64,000 nucleotides of DNA, from the IMG/VR virus record IMGVR_UViG_3300037483_000303. One strand, 5' to 3'. This document shows, one piece after another, positions 1 to 8,016 of this stretch (position 1 is its first letter; each line of letters begins with the position of its first letter). Position numbers and translations under genes: made by a program. This stretch comes from an uncultured virus (IMG/VR IMGVR_UViG_3300037483_000303) (lineage: Duplodnaviria; Heunggongvirae; Uroviricota; Caudoviricetes). The notes below the pieces were generated by a model, which made no database searches, was not told the DNA's origin, and saw only the letters and a list, made by a program, of their open reading frames with translations.

Positions 1-118
1 TGTTAGCCAGAATCCAATCGTATAAGACTGGACGCCAGGCCTCCCAATATGGCGGCTTTAGCGTTGTCTCTGGTCTGGGCAGGGCGGCCATTGCCTGTCG
101 AAATTGGTTAGCATTCAT
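1..118 (-). CDS. Hypothetical protein, 5' part (runs off window)
   Basis: ATG at 118 overlapping the upstream gene's 3' end; open frame MNANQFRQAMAALPRPE... to the window edge. Confidence 0.4.
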   Translation of the reverse strand, partial: MNANQFRQAMAALPRPETTLKPPYWEAWRPVLYDWILAN

Positions 119-413
119 TAAATTTATCCACTATCAAAAGGTCGTAATCATCATTAGATACTAAATTCATGGCCTCAATATCATCTATAGTTATCTTGCC
201 ATCGCAAGTATTACACTCGATAATGTCACAGTGCAAATTACTTAATCGCCATCTCGCTAGTGATGGACTATCGCATTTTGGGCATCTCATAAAGTACTTT
301 AGACGAAATGCTTTAACAAGGCGCTGATAATTTGGAGAACTGACAACATTCTGATATTGGGCAACATCTTGTAATGAATTTATTTGTTCTTCTATAGTTT
401 GGTCAGTGCTCAT
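108..413 (-). CDS. Hypothetical zinc-ribbon protein
   Basis: CPKC...CNTC; translationally coupled to neighbours. Confidence 0.6.
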   Translation of the reverse strand: MSTDQTIEEQINSLQDVAQYQNVVSSPNYQRLVKAFRLKYFMRCPKCDSPSLARWRLSNLHCDIIECNTCDGKITIDDIEAMNLVSNDDYDLLIVDKFNEC

Positions 414-700
414 TAATGCACTTTAAGTAATGGCTTGATATGAAAAATAAAAGGTTCATCGTCTTTTTTTGGCCCACCAGGTAGATAAATAACGACTTTA
501 TCAAAGTTCAATACCGGAAAACCATAAGGCTCGGCCAACTCAAGATAACCCGTAAGGGGATGGTCAAAATACTGAGCTAATCTTTCTCCGTAACAACTAA
601 GATACAATTCATCGTATGAGCCTTCAAGGTACACATTGCCACAAAATAAAGGACCATCTTTGGTATTATGCCAAAATAAATAATGCGTATTTAGATTCAT
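413..700 (-). CDS. Hypothetical protein
   Basis: ORF with GGAGAG RBS; start/stop overlaps with neighbours. Confidence 0.6.
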   Translation of the reverse strand: MNLNTHYLFWHNTKDGPLFCGNVYLEGSYDELYLSCYGERLAQYFDHPLTGYLELAEPYGFPVLNFDKVVIYLPGGPKKDDEPFIFHIKPLLKVH

Positions 701-753
701 TTACAAAACTCTCCCAACTTCTCTAATACATAATCCAATTGGTCAGCGTTCAT
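697..753 (-). pseudogene. Relic of the aminotransferase C-terminus (18-aa mini-ORF)
   Basis: MNADQLDYVLEKLGEFCK* aligns with LTREDLDYTTSVFGDFFS at the end of 1362..2537; ATGA overlap with the next gene. Confidence 0.55.
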
Positions 754-758
754 AAGTA

Positions 759-880
759 TGGTATAATATCTCTGTCACGCAAGTTAATGTTATCCTGCTA
801 TCATTATTTGATAGATACCCTCTGAGCTATCCGCTTGCGTGACAACAAATGGATAACTAGCTTGGGGGGTATTCTTTTTG
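759..880 (+). promoter_or_regulatory. Extended -10 promoter plus structured leader with two crossing stems upstream of an HNH gene
   Basis: TGgTATAAT 759-767; stem 773-783/834-844; terminator-like stem 814-829/858-873 followed by a T run. Confidence 0.65.
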
Positions 881-888
881 GAGTTGAG

Positions 889-1407
889 ATGAAACAGTGT
901 ACCTATTGCCAAGAAATTAAGAATTTGGATGAATTTTCCCCTGGGACAGCTAAATTTGGCCGACAATCCAGATGTAAAAAATGTCTTGCGAAATTGGCTA
1001 AGATTTATGGAAGCACCGAAAAAGGAAAAGCATACCAACAACAATACTGGAAAAGTGAAGCTGGAAAAGATAATCTGAGGAAGTATAGGGAAAGCGAAAA
1101 AGGTAGACAGACAGCGCGAAAGTATATTCATAGCGAGAATGGCAGCAAGGTCCTTAGAGAGTATAACAGAAAAAGAAGAATTGCACATAGGGATATGTAC
1201 AGAGCCAGAAACGTAGTAAACAATGCAGTTGCAGACGGAATTCTGCCTAAAATATCCACACAAAAATGTGTCCATTGCAATAAAAGTGCTCAAGATTATC
1301 ACCATTATAAAGGTTATGACAAAGAGAATTGGTTAGCTGTCGAACCTGTATGCCGAAAATGTCATAGGATACTTGAAAAGAAGTCACCAAACACGCTTGT
1401 AGTGTAA
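889..1407 (+). CDS. HNH homing endonuclease with N-terminal Zn finger
   Basis: CTYC...CKKC, then CVHC...YHHYKGYDKENWLAVEPVCRKCH; likely start ATG 889 after GGAG. Confidence 0.8.
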   Translation: MKQCTYCQEIKNLDEFSPGTAKFGRQSRCKKCLAKLAKIYGSTEKGKAYQQQYWKSEAGKDNLRKYRESEKGRQTARKYIHSENGSKVLREYNRKRRIAHRDMYRARNVVNNAVADGILPKISTQKCVHCNKSAQDYHHYKGYDKENWLAVEPVCRKCHRILEKKSPNTLVV

Positions 1408-2537
1408 TCCAAATCCTCTCGTGTTAGATTTTGGTGACAGCCGATATAAAAGCCGTTATCGTCTATCCATCTTGCCACCGGGTAATCTTCCGGCTCCCAT
1501 AATCCTTTATAAACAGGTTGGCTAACCAGGGGCAACATTAGCCGCGTCTCAATGCCATTAGATTCGAGATGACGACATAACGCATCCCTCACACCCTCCT
1601 GCCGGCACACTAATGGGTACATTTGAAAAGCGTGTTCGGTATTCGGCCTGATGGCTGGCAATTGCAATCTATCCTCAAATGGCTTAAGACCCTCCGTGAG
1701 ATAGGCTGCGTTCTGTTGGCGCTTGCGGATAATGGCGGGTAAGTCATCCAATTGCGCCAGTCCTAAAGCGGCCTCTAACTCGGTCAAACGAAAGCTATGG
1801 CCTATGCGGGTAAAGCGAAACTTGCGAGCTAACCAGGTGGGGTCGTATTGTTCGCCGGTGGGGAGTTCGGCCAGGTCAATACCATGATTGACGAGACTTC
1901 TCATTATCTTAGCATAGTTTGGGTTATTGGTCGTGGCAATGCCGCCAACGCCGGTTACGAGAATATGGGCTATGTAGGTGCTAAATACCCCGATGTCACT
2001 CAGGCAACCTACAGAGGTATTGCAATGTTTAACTGCCATTGCCTCACAACTATCTTCCATAACCTTAATCGGGTATACCTCTGGATTAAGCCAATTAACA
2101 GTGTTTTGCACCTCAGGCATATCACAGGGCTGTCCAAATGTGTGAACAGGGATAATACAACGTGTCTTGTAACTAATAGTTCTTATCAACTGTTCAGTAT
2201 CTATCCCGTAAAAGTCCGGTTCAACATCCACCAACACCGGCTTTAGTCTCAACTGCAAAACCACGTTCACAGTGGCAACAAATGTAAGCGCCGGGACGAT
2301 AACCTCATCCCCGTCCTGCCACCCGTGCAATTCCTTAAGCGTCTGCAAGGCAACTAACAGACTACTTGTGCCGCTATTACTCAATACACCATACTTGCAA
2401 CCGTGCATCTCGGCAAAGCGAGCCTCGAACTGCTGAGATAGAGGACCATACGAAATTCTACCCGACCGTAATACCTGATTAACTAGCCTGAACATCTCAG
2501 GCGTTGCCTCAAATGTGCCGATGCCGATTTGTCTCAC
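1362..2537 (-). CDS. DegT/DnrJ/EryC1/StrS family PLP-dependent sugar aminotransferase
   Basis: NSGTSSL, GDEVIVPALTFVAT, EDSCEA, FSTYIAHILVTGVGG (His at the usual Lys position, as in ColD/E1-type dehydrases). Confidence 0.9.
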   Translation of the reverse strand: MRQIGIGTFEATPEMFRLVNQVLRSGRISYGPLSQQFEARFAEMHGCKYGVLSNSGTSSLLVALQTLKELHGWQDGDEVIVPALTFVATVNVVLQLRLKPVLVDVEPDFYGIDTEQLIRTISYKTRCIIPVHTFGQPCDMPEVQNTVNWLNPEVYPIKVMEDSCEAMAVKHCNTSVGCLSDIGVFSTYIAHILVTGVGGIATTNNPNYAKIMRSLVNHGIDLAELPTGEQYDPTWLARKFRFTRIGHSFRLTELEAALGLAQLDDLPAIIRKRQQNAAYLTEGLKPFEDRLQLPAIRPNTEHAFQMYPLVCRQEGVRDALCRHLESNGIETRLMLPLVSQPVYKGLWEPEDYPVARWIDDNGFYIGCHQNLTREDLDYTTSVFGDFFSSIL

Positions 2538-2815
2538 TCTATTCTATACTCCGTTACTATTTGTACCGGCCGAGGTGCTACTATTTCACCTTTGATTATC
2601 AGGTATGAACATTCTGGCCAGTAATTAGGAGACTTGTCTGGCATTTTATCCAGGAATGTCGGTTCATCCCCATAGTCACCATTGGAAATATCTTTAAGTA
2701 GCTTGCCTGGGTCTATTTCTTCGATGTAAGTATCGCCATCATCGTTGCTAATCATAAAGTAAGCCATTTTTTTAACATCCTTACCACTTCGACTAAATGC
2801 TGCGTTCTTAACCAA
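2534..2815 (-). CDS. Hypothetical protein
   Basis: ORF within the operon; start may be internal (MAYFMI...). Confidence 0.55.
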   Translation of the reverse strand: MVKNAAFSRSGKDVKKMAYFMISNDDGDTYIEEIDPGKLLKDISNGDYGDEPTFLDKMPDKSPNYWPECSYLIIKGEIVAPRPVQIVTEYRIE

Positions 2816-3441
2816 ACCTCGTCGGCATAAACCCTTTCAATACCAAGCAGGTTGGATTCGTAGGCCAGGCCATTAACTTGAATATAGTTGATATTTCTCA
2901 AAAGGATTGTACACCATTCAACGTCAATGCAGGCCGGATTTATCGCCTTTGAGTTATTCAATATCGTCGCCGCTGCATGTCTGGTTATCCCACGTGAGGC
3001 GGCCAAAACATCATACTTGCCATCCATGAATAGGCTATTTATTAGCCCCTCAGTTATCCGCTGATAGTCAGGATGCGAATCAAAGGCCGCTTTGGTTCGA
3101 CCAATGATCGTAAATTTATCACATTGGATAAGCCGGATAACCTGTTTTAGCTCTTCCGGGTAGGTCATATACCAGTAGAGAAGCCGGTCGAAGTCTACAA
3201 AGTGGAAATACTCGCAATCTGTCTCTAGCCCGCGCCTGAGACAGTTACGCCGGGATTCGCCAATGTTCCCGGCCTCTGAATAGCTTATGTATTTATCTAA
3301 ACATAAGCTATGTTTAGTCGGGTTGGTCGATTCTATGATGCACTTATCGTAATTCTGCCGGATGTATAAAAAGTATTTATTGGTCAGGTCAGCTAGCTTG
3401 CCATCTGGATCGTGCAGGGTGGTGAGTAGACAAATAGACAT
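2752..3441 (-). CDS. Putative glycosyltransferase-like (GT-A) protein
   Basis: IGESRRNCLRRG...YFHFVDFD (DxD); next to a sugar aminotransferase. Confidence 0.5.
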   Translation of the reverse strand: MSICLLTTLHDPDGKLADLTNKYFLYIRQNYDKCIIESTNPTKHSLCLDKYISYSEAGNIGESRRNCLRRGLETDCEYFHFVDFDRLLYWYMTYPEELKQVIRLIQCDKFTIIGRTKAAFDSHPDYQRITEGLINSLFMDGKYDVLAASRGITRHAAATILNNSKAINPACIDVEWCTILLRNINYIQVNGLAYESNLLGIERVYADEVWLRTQHLVEVVRMLKKWLTL

Positions 3442-4142
3442 TATGGTATCAATCCCAATTCGCGCATCTCTGCAACGTCACCGACCTTTAATTCGTCTAA
3501 CAACAACTTGCTTGTATCCTGCCCTCTGAAGGCCAGCGTGTGACGAAGTGGCCACTGTCGCGTGCCCAGACAAAGCGCCTCAGTATGGGACAGTCGCACC
3601 GTCCCGACCATCTCTATCTCATGGGGCGATTCACCAGGGATGAGCACCTTTTTGAGTAAGTCCCGATTCCACAATCCAGCCATCAACGACATATGATAAG
3701 GCGATCCCGGCATACTCTTAACCAGGTCTAAATAGGCTACCGTGCCATAATTCAGGTCAGCGCCAAAAGCGTAAAGCCGGTCGCCGCATAGGTCTATTTT
3801 GACTGTATACTTGAATTGTCTAGCATAGTCATAGAGGATTTTAATAGCCTTTGTGTCAACCTGCCGGGTGAGCCAGTAATCCTCTAGCATCAACAGAAAG
3901 ACTTCCTCGGCTACATTATCTAATACGTTAATAAGCGCGTCTGACCACTTGCTAAAAGGATAATCGGCGAATTTGCCAATTGAGTAGAATGAGAATTTCT
4001 TGGATAGTTCAAAGGTTGGCGGAGTGAAGCCGCAGATAACGTTGTTCTTGGATATGTCGGGAGTAAAGTATTTATCCCACAACCACATAAAGGGCTTGCA
4101 GGCCCAGAGATACTTGTCCGAGGTCATTACTATGGTTTGCAA
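3441..4142 (-). CDS. Putative glycosyltransferase-like protein
   Basis: TSDKY, WSDAL, FLLMLEDYWL, SLMAGLWN motifs typical of phage GT-like proteins. Confidence 0.55.
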   Translation of the reverse strand: MQTIVMTSDKYLWACKPFMWLWDKYFTPDISKNNVICGFTPPTFELSKKFSFYSIGKFADYPFSKWSDALINVLDNVAEEVFLLMLEDYWLTRQVDTKAIKILYDYARQFKYTVKIDLCGDRLYAFGADLNYGTVAYLDLVKSMPGSPYHMSLMAGLWNRDLLKKVLIPGESPHEIEMVGTVRLSHTEALCLGTRQWPLRHTLAFRGQDTSKLLLDELKVGDVAEMRELGLIP

Positions 4143-4343
4143 TTACTTGCTCCACACCCAAATGCTACAAAATACCGTCTCTGCCCCCAATAACGCAGAG
4201 ATAACCGGATGATCTCCCAGTGCCCATGTTATCAAAAGTACCAATGAAAGATTGATAACAATTATGATAATGGTCAGGATAATCTTTATGATAACTCGCA
4301 ACTTAACTCCTCTTGATTCTTTTTGTCCCACTCTACCATACAA
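4143..4343 (-). CDS. Small membrane protein
   Basis: Two hydrophobic segments. Confidence 0.4.
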   Translation of the reverse strand: MYGRVGQKESRGVKLRVIIKIILTIIIIVINLSLVLLITWALGDHPVISALLGAETVFCSIWVWSK

Positions 4344-4579
4344 TCATTAAGGATGTATTCAATAGCTTCGACAAATTCAGTATCATTGCTAAATCTTCTT
4401 TTAGGACGAAATGACGGCATAGGAGGCCAGCATAGCCAGGAGTATGGATCATTATGAAATGTCTCAATTGTTAGCTTGAATATCCTTTCTCCATTCTCTG
4501 CGTTTATCACTGGTAAATCAGCAGTTAGGATGTATCTGGTTTGATGTATGTTTTCGGCTTTGCCTACTATAACTTGCAA
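4286..4579 (-). CDS. Hypothetical protein
   Basis: ORF within the operon. Confidence 0.5.
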   Translation of the reverse strand: MQVIVGKAENIHQTRYILTADLPVINAENGERIFKLTIETFHNDPYSWLCWPPMPSFRPKRRFSNDTEFVEAIEYILNDCMVEWDKKNQEELSCELS

Positions 4580-4714
4580 TTGTCTACCCGTTGCCTGATA
4601 TTGGTCATCAAGGTACTAACCAGTGTAACAAAGCAAATAATCCATATAGAAACAATGAGCCAGCAAATATCATTACTCCCATCATGAACAAGTGTTTCAA
4701 CATATCCACATCTT

Positions 4715-4975
4715 TCATCCGTTGCATATCTCCCCGAATATGTACATCTGACAATTGCAAAATTCGCCCATTGCCGGATTGTTGCTAGAAAATAGGTGTG
4801 TACCGTTGGCACAAAGTTGAGAAGTACCTAGCCTATAACGAGGCGTGTGGCTGTCCTTTTTGGCGCGTTCTAGCAGATACTCAATGTGCTTGTTTTTGGA
4901 ACGATGGCTTTGACGGGATTGCTCCTTCAGCCAGGTATTGAGATCATCATCAATAATAAGAGTGAATCTAACCAT
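4715..4975 (-). CDS. Arc/ribbon-helix-helix transcriptional regulator (leaderless)
   Basis: MVRFTLIIDDDLNTWLKEQSRQSHRSKNKHIEYLLE; ATG 4975 lies about 8 nt downstream of the -10 box. Confidence 0.75.
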   Translation of the reverse strand: MVRFTLIIDDDLNTWLKEQSRQSHRSKNKHIEYLLERAKKDSHTPRYRLGTSQLCANGTHLFSSNNPAMGEFCNCQMYIFGEICNG

Positions 4976-4982
4976 AGTAACT

Positions 4983-5011
4983 ATTTTAATACCATTCAGG
5001 TGATATGTCAA
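4983..5011 (-). promoter_or_regulatory. Sigma70-type promoter with operator
   Basis: TTGACA-17-TAAAAT; spacer taTCACCTGAATGGTat. Confidence 0.75.
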
Positions 5012-5012
5012 C

Positions 5013-5038
5013 AAAAAAAGGCCAGGGCTATCCTGGTT
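5013..5038 (-). terminator. Intrinsic terminator closing the repeat array
   Basis: CCAGG-atagc-CCTGG followed by T7 on the minus strand. Confidence 0.6.
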
Positions 5039-5040
5039 AA

Positions 5041-5340
5041 TCCTCGCCTCGCCCCGCCTTGCCATGCCATGCCCGGCCGTGCCAAGCCTGCCAAGCCCTG
5101 CCCAGCCGCGCCCCTCCGGGCCTTGCCATACCGCACCTCGCCTGCCTTGCCATGCCTCGCCGTGCCTGCCAATCCTTGCCGCACCGGGCCTCGCCCATCC
5201 CATCCGCGCCACGCCACGTCTCGCCTAGCCTGCCTCTCCACGCCATTCCTTGCCCAGACTTGCCACGCCTCGCCTGCCTCGCCTTGCCAATCCCAGCCCC
5301 GCCTCGCCGTACCAGGCCGCGCCCCGCCGCGCCTGCCTTG
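5041..5340 (-). ncRNA. (GGY-NN)n pentamer array, putative guide RNA precursor (VIPR-like)
   Basis: About 54 constant-triplet plus variable-dinucleotide units in exact 5-nt phase, interrupted by six GGCAGGC delimiters. Confidence 0.8.
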
Positions 5341-5778
5341 TCAGGTCACTTTAGTCATTATCTCGGCCATCTGTTCAAACACGGGTGCAAGCTCTTTAAG
5401 CTGCTGGTATTTCTTTTGCCACAACTTGAAATCGTTGTAGGCTTGGGCAAGTAGCTCTTTACGTTGCTGGTCATTGCTCATCACGTCAACCAGAGCACGA
5501 TAGCCGCCGCCATTTGAGCGATCAGATTTGAGCGAGACAAACATTTGATATTCTCTCTTGCCCTCACGCGGTAGAATTGTCAATACTACTGTGATTATTT
5601 GGCGAGCTTGCCATAAACGATAGGCATGGGCCGCCTCGGTATCATTCCACTCGAAACTGCTATGTAGGGCCGTATTGGGGTCTTTAGCGTACTTGACCAC
5701 TATCTCTGGGAGCAGCAGGCCATTATTGGCCTCGGCCAGTGATTCTAGCTCTTGCTTGACTAAATCTGACTTACTCAT
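5341..5778 (-). CDS. Accessory protein of the RAMP-like/pentamer-array cassette
   Basis: Coupled to the upstream gene; LHSSFEWND..AAHAYRLWQARQII; stop codon abuts the array. Confidence 0.75.
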   Translation of the reverse strand: MSKSDLVKQELESLAEANNGLLLPEIVVKYAKDPNTALHSSFEWNDTEAAHAYRLWQARQIITVVLTILPREGKREYQMFVSLKSDRSNGGGYRALVDVMSNDQQRKELLAQAYNDFKLWQKKYQQLKELAPVFEQMAEIMTKVT

Positions 5779-6397
5779 TGATTACCTCGAACATTCCCCA
5801 TCCCATCCCGGCTGATTGCTTGCTATCGGGTCTGCCCTCTCCAATGCCCACCTGTAAACCCACCCGCATCAACAGGTTAGATACATCTGCGGGGGTAAAC
5901 TGGTCCGCATCGAAACGAATACGGAGCTTAGTTTCCCAACCCGGCTGCCATAATCCGCGGGGGTGAATATCGGGAGCGCCATTACTGACACGTACCACGC
6001 TCTCGAAGTATTCAGGCTCGCCCTTTGTGATTTTCACCAGGGGCGTTGCATCGTCTTTATCAAACCCGTCAGCCTCGATAAAGATAGATAACTTTGCCAA
6101 AGTCATCCTGAAGCCAACTGTCCGACAAGCTGAAATCATTGCCGCTCTAAAGGCAGGGGCAGGCATCCCGTACCAGCCCTCAGCAGACTGATGCAATGAT
6201 TGCTCATAAGCCTCTTGAAAGTTCTTTGATTCCCGCTTTGAGCCTTTTTTGCTAGTTGACCCCCCTTCCTGAGTCCGCTTCATCATCTCTCTGGCCTTAC
6301 TGCTGAATTTGTTTTGCACATAAGGCGCAATCCCTCTAATGAGAAATTTAGCCGTTTGAAAATTAGGTGCGCTGATTGTTACCTGTTCTATTGCCAT
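5771..6397 (-). CDS. Cas7/RAMP-like RNA-binding protein (Vipr-like)
   Basis: N-terminal strand IRGIAPY, GMPAPAFRAAMISA, and C-terminal G-rich loop GLQVGIGEGRP...GMGWGMFEV. Confidence 0.75.
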   Translation of the reverse strand: MAIEQVTISAPNFQTAKFLIRGIAPYVQNKFSSKAREMMKRTQEGGSTSKKGSKRESKNFQEAYEQSLHQSAEGWYGMPAPAFRAAMISACRTVGFRMTLAKLSIFIEADGFDKDDATPLVKITKGEPEYFESVVRVSNGAPDIHPRGLWQPGWETKLRIRFDADQFTPADVSNLLMRVGLQVGIGEGRPDSKQSAGMGWGMFEVINE

Positions 6398-6431
6398 AAT
6401 CCTCCACTCAATGTTAGGTTAATTTCTAACT

Positions 6432-6460
6432 ATCATATCACCAAACTGGTGACTTGTCAA
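6432..6460 (-). promoter_or_regulatory. Promoter of the RAMP-like operon with palindromic operator
   Basis: TTGACA-17-TATGAT; spacer contains TCACCA-gtt-TGGTGA. Confidence 0.8.
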
Positions 6461-6462
6461 AT

Positions 6463-6494
6463 AAAAAAAGAGAGTGCCGGTTATGGCACTCTCT
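6463..6494 (-). terminator. Intrinsic terminator after the capsid gene
   Basis: Perfect 10-bp stem AGAGAGTGCC/GGCACTCTCT plus T run. Confidence 0.85.
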
Positions 6495-6516
6495 AATTGG
6501 GAGGAGAAAAAGGATG

Positions 6517-8016
6517 TTAGTTCCAAACAGCGTTAAGGGTTGATGTTGCTCTAGTTGATACACCGCCGTTATAGTTGTAAGGACTATCTGCAAATGGCTC
6601 TCGTAAATGCTGCAAAGGAGCATACAAGACATTGTCGATTCTGCCCGCCAACTGTGGCGTCCGCAGCACAATCCTGCGCTCCGTCTTCGCGCTCATCTTG
6701 GTACACCATTTGATAATTGGGTCCAGCGCCCAGGAGAATGTACCGCCGTCAGTCCACCAGGTTTGTTTGCCCATCAACGTTTGAAGCTGCTGCATCCCAA
6801 CCCGATAATCGTAGTATTCCATATACGTGACAGGGAAGCCACCGTTAATGGTCATCGGGACAAAGTAGATAGACGAGGCATAAGAGCCAGCCGGGATAGC
6901 GGCATTATCACCGTCAACCTGTTCATTTATACCATCATCGGTGACAACCTGATAATCACGCCCGTTGATTACCAGAATCATCTGCCGGCGCATTGCATCA
7001 CGCTGCGCGGTCATGTCCGTAGCGTCAAGGGTCAGATGTACATTCCCGGCTGTCGTGCCAAGTATCTGTGCGCCTCTGTTCGTGTTGTAGGCAATCGGCC
7101 AAATCTGAGTGAGTTCATCCCACATCTCAGGCCGCATCACCACAACCCACTCTACCGGGTCCAGTCCCATTCGCACGGCATTATGTCTCAGGTAGTCTTC
7201 CAGCGTAGATAGATACCACGTGATGTTAGGTACGCTATTAGCATTGCTGCTGTAGATACTGGCATAGTTGAAGTTTTTAACATCGCTGTCCACCGCAGGA
7301 CAGGCCGTGTTAGTCGAGGCATCCACGTGGCCAGTAGTGATTTGAGCATCCAGTCCCGGATACTCTTTATACCCACCGCCCGCCGTGTTGTTGGCAATCG
7401 CGCCCTGCCAATTCTGGCGAGTCAATCCCATCTGCGAGGTCGTGCCACGCGCCATTAGCATCCCGACCTTGACCATCTCAGACATGAAGACCAGCTTTGT
7501 TACCTGGTCTTCAGTCAAGCCACGTGGGAAGTCAGCCTCACTCACGCCTAGCAAGCGCCCGCGCAGGCGCAAGTCGGTATTGACGCCGCTGTTTAGTTGG
7601 GTAAAGATTTTGTCAAACTCGATGGTAGCGGTATCGAATTGCAACCGGCCTGATTGAAAGAACAGGTTACAGGCTTTGAGATAACCTGTCGGCGCGTCCG
7701 AGCAGGGATTGGCGGCTGCTGCTGCGCCATCATCCTGGATACCCGTAATGAGGCCTAAAACAGGCTGCTCAATCGTAGTGGCAAAGATATTGCCACGCCG
7801 AGCCAATTCACCACTAAGGCCATCGGGCCGAACATAAGCGGTGATGATGTCGCTTTCAAGTCCAAAAACCGTAAACAGGCCGGTATCACCAAACAGGAGT
7901 TGGGCCGAGTTGGATGTGCCCGCTGTTTTGAGGTGCATCCCTTTTTGTTGCATATGGCTAAATGCCTGATATGCCTGGTAAAATTGTGCGAAATCCTGCA
8001 ATTCTTTCTCGTTCAT
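6517..8016 (-). CDS. Major capsid protein
   Basis: 499 aa, directly after the prohead protease and before a strong terminator; YPGLDAQITTG motif. Confidence 0.75.
   Translation of the reverse strand: MNEKELQDFAQFYQAYQAFSHMQQKGMHLKTAGTSNSAQLLFGDTGLFTVFGLESDIITAYVRPDGLSGELARRGNIFATTIEQPVLGLITGIQDDGAAAAANPCSDAPTGYLKACNLFFQSGRLQFDTATIEFDKIFTQLNSGVNTDLRLRGRLLGVSEADFPRGLTEDQVTKLVFMSEMVKVGMLMARGTTSQMGLTRQNWQGAIANNTAGGGYKEYPGLDAQITTGHVDASTNTACPAVDSDVKNFNYASIYSSNANSVPNITWYLSTLEDYLRHNAVRMGLDPVEWVVVMRPEMWDELTQIWPIAYNTNRGAQILGTTAGNVHLTLDATDMTAQRDAMRRQMILVINGRDYQVVTDDGINEQVDGDNAAIPAGSYASSIYFVPMTINGGFPVTYMEYYDYRVGMQQLQTLMGKQTWWTDGGTFSWALDPIIKWCTKMSAKTERRIVLRTPQLAGRIDNVLYAPLQHLREPFADSPYNYNGGVSTRATSTLNAVWN

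Noticed and set aside
5041..5340. Canonical CRISPR array or simple microsatellite
   Set aside because: No 25-45-nt repeats with spacers, and the variable dinucleotides are too diverse and too well phased for slippage
4886..5454. ORFs crossing the pentamer array (4886..5440, 5008..5241, 5037..5246, 5059..5454 and the 5' extension of 4715..5212)
   Set aside because: Low-complexity ARQG/PCLA translations of a stop-poor repeat; several cross a terminator and a promoter
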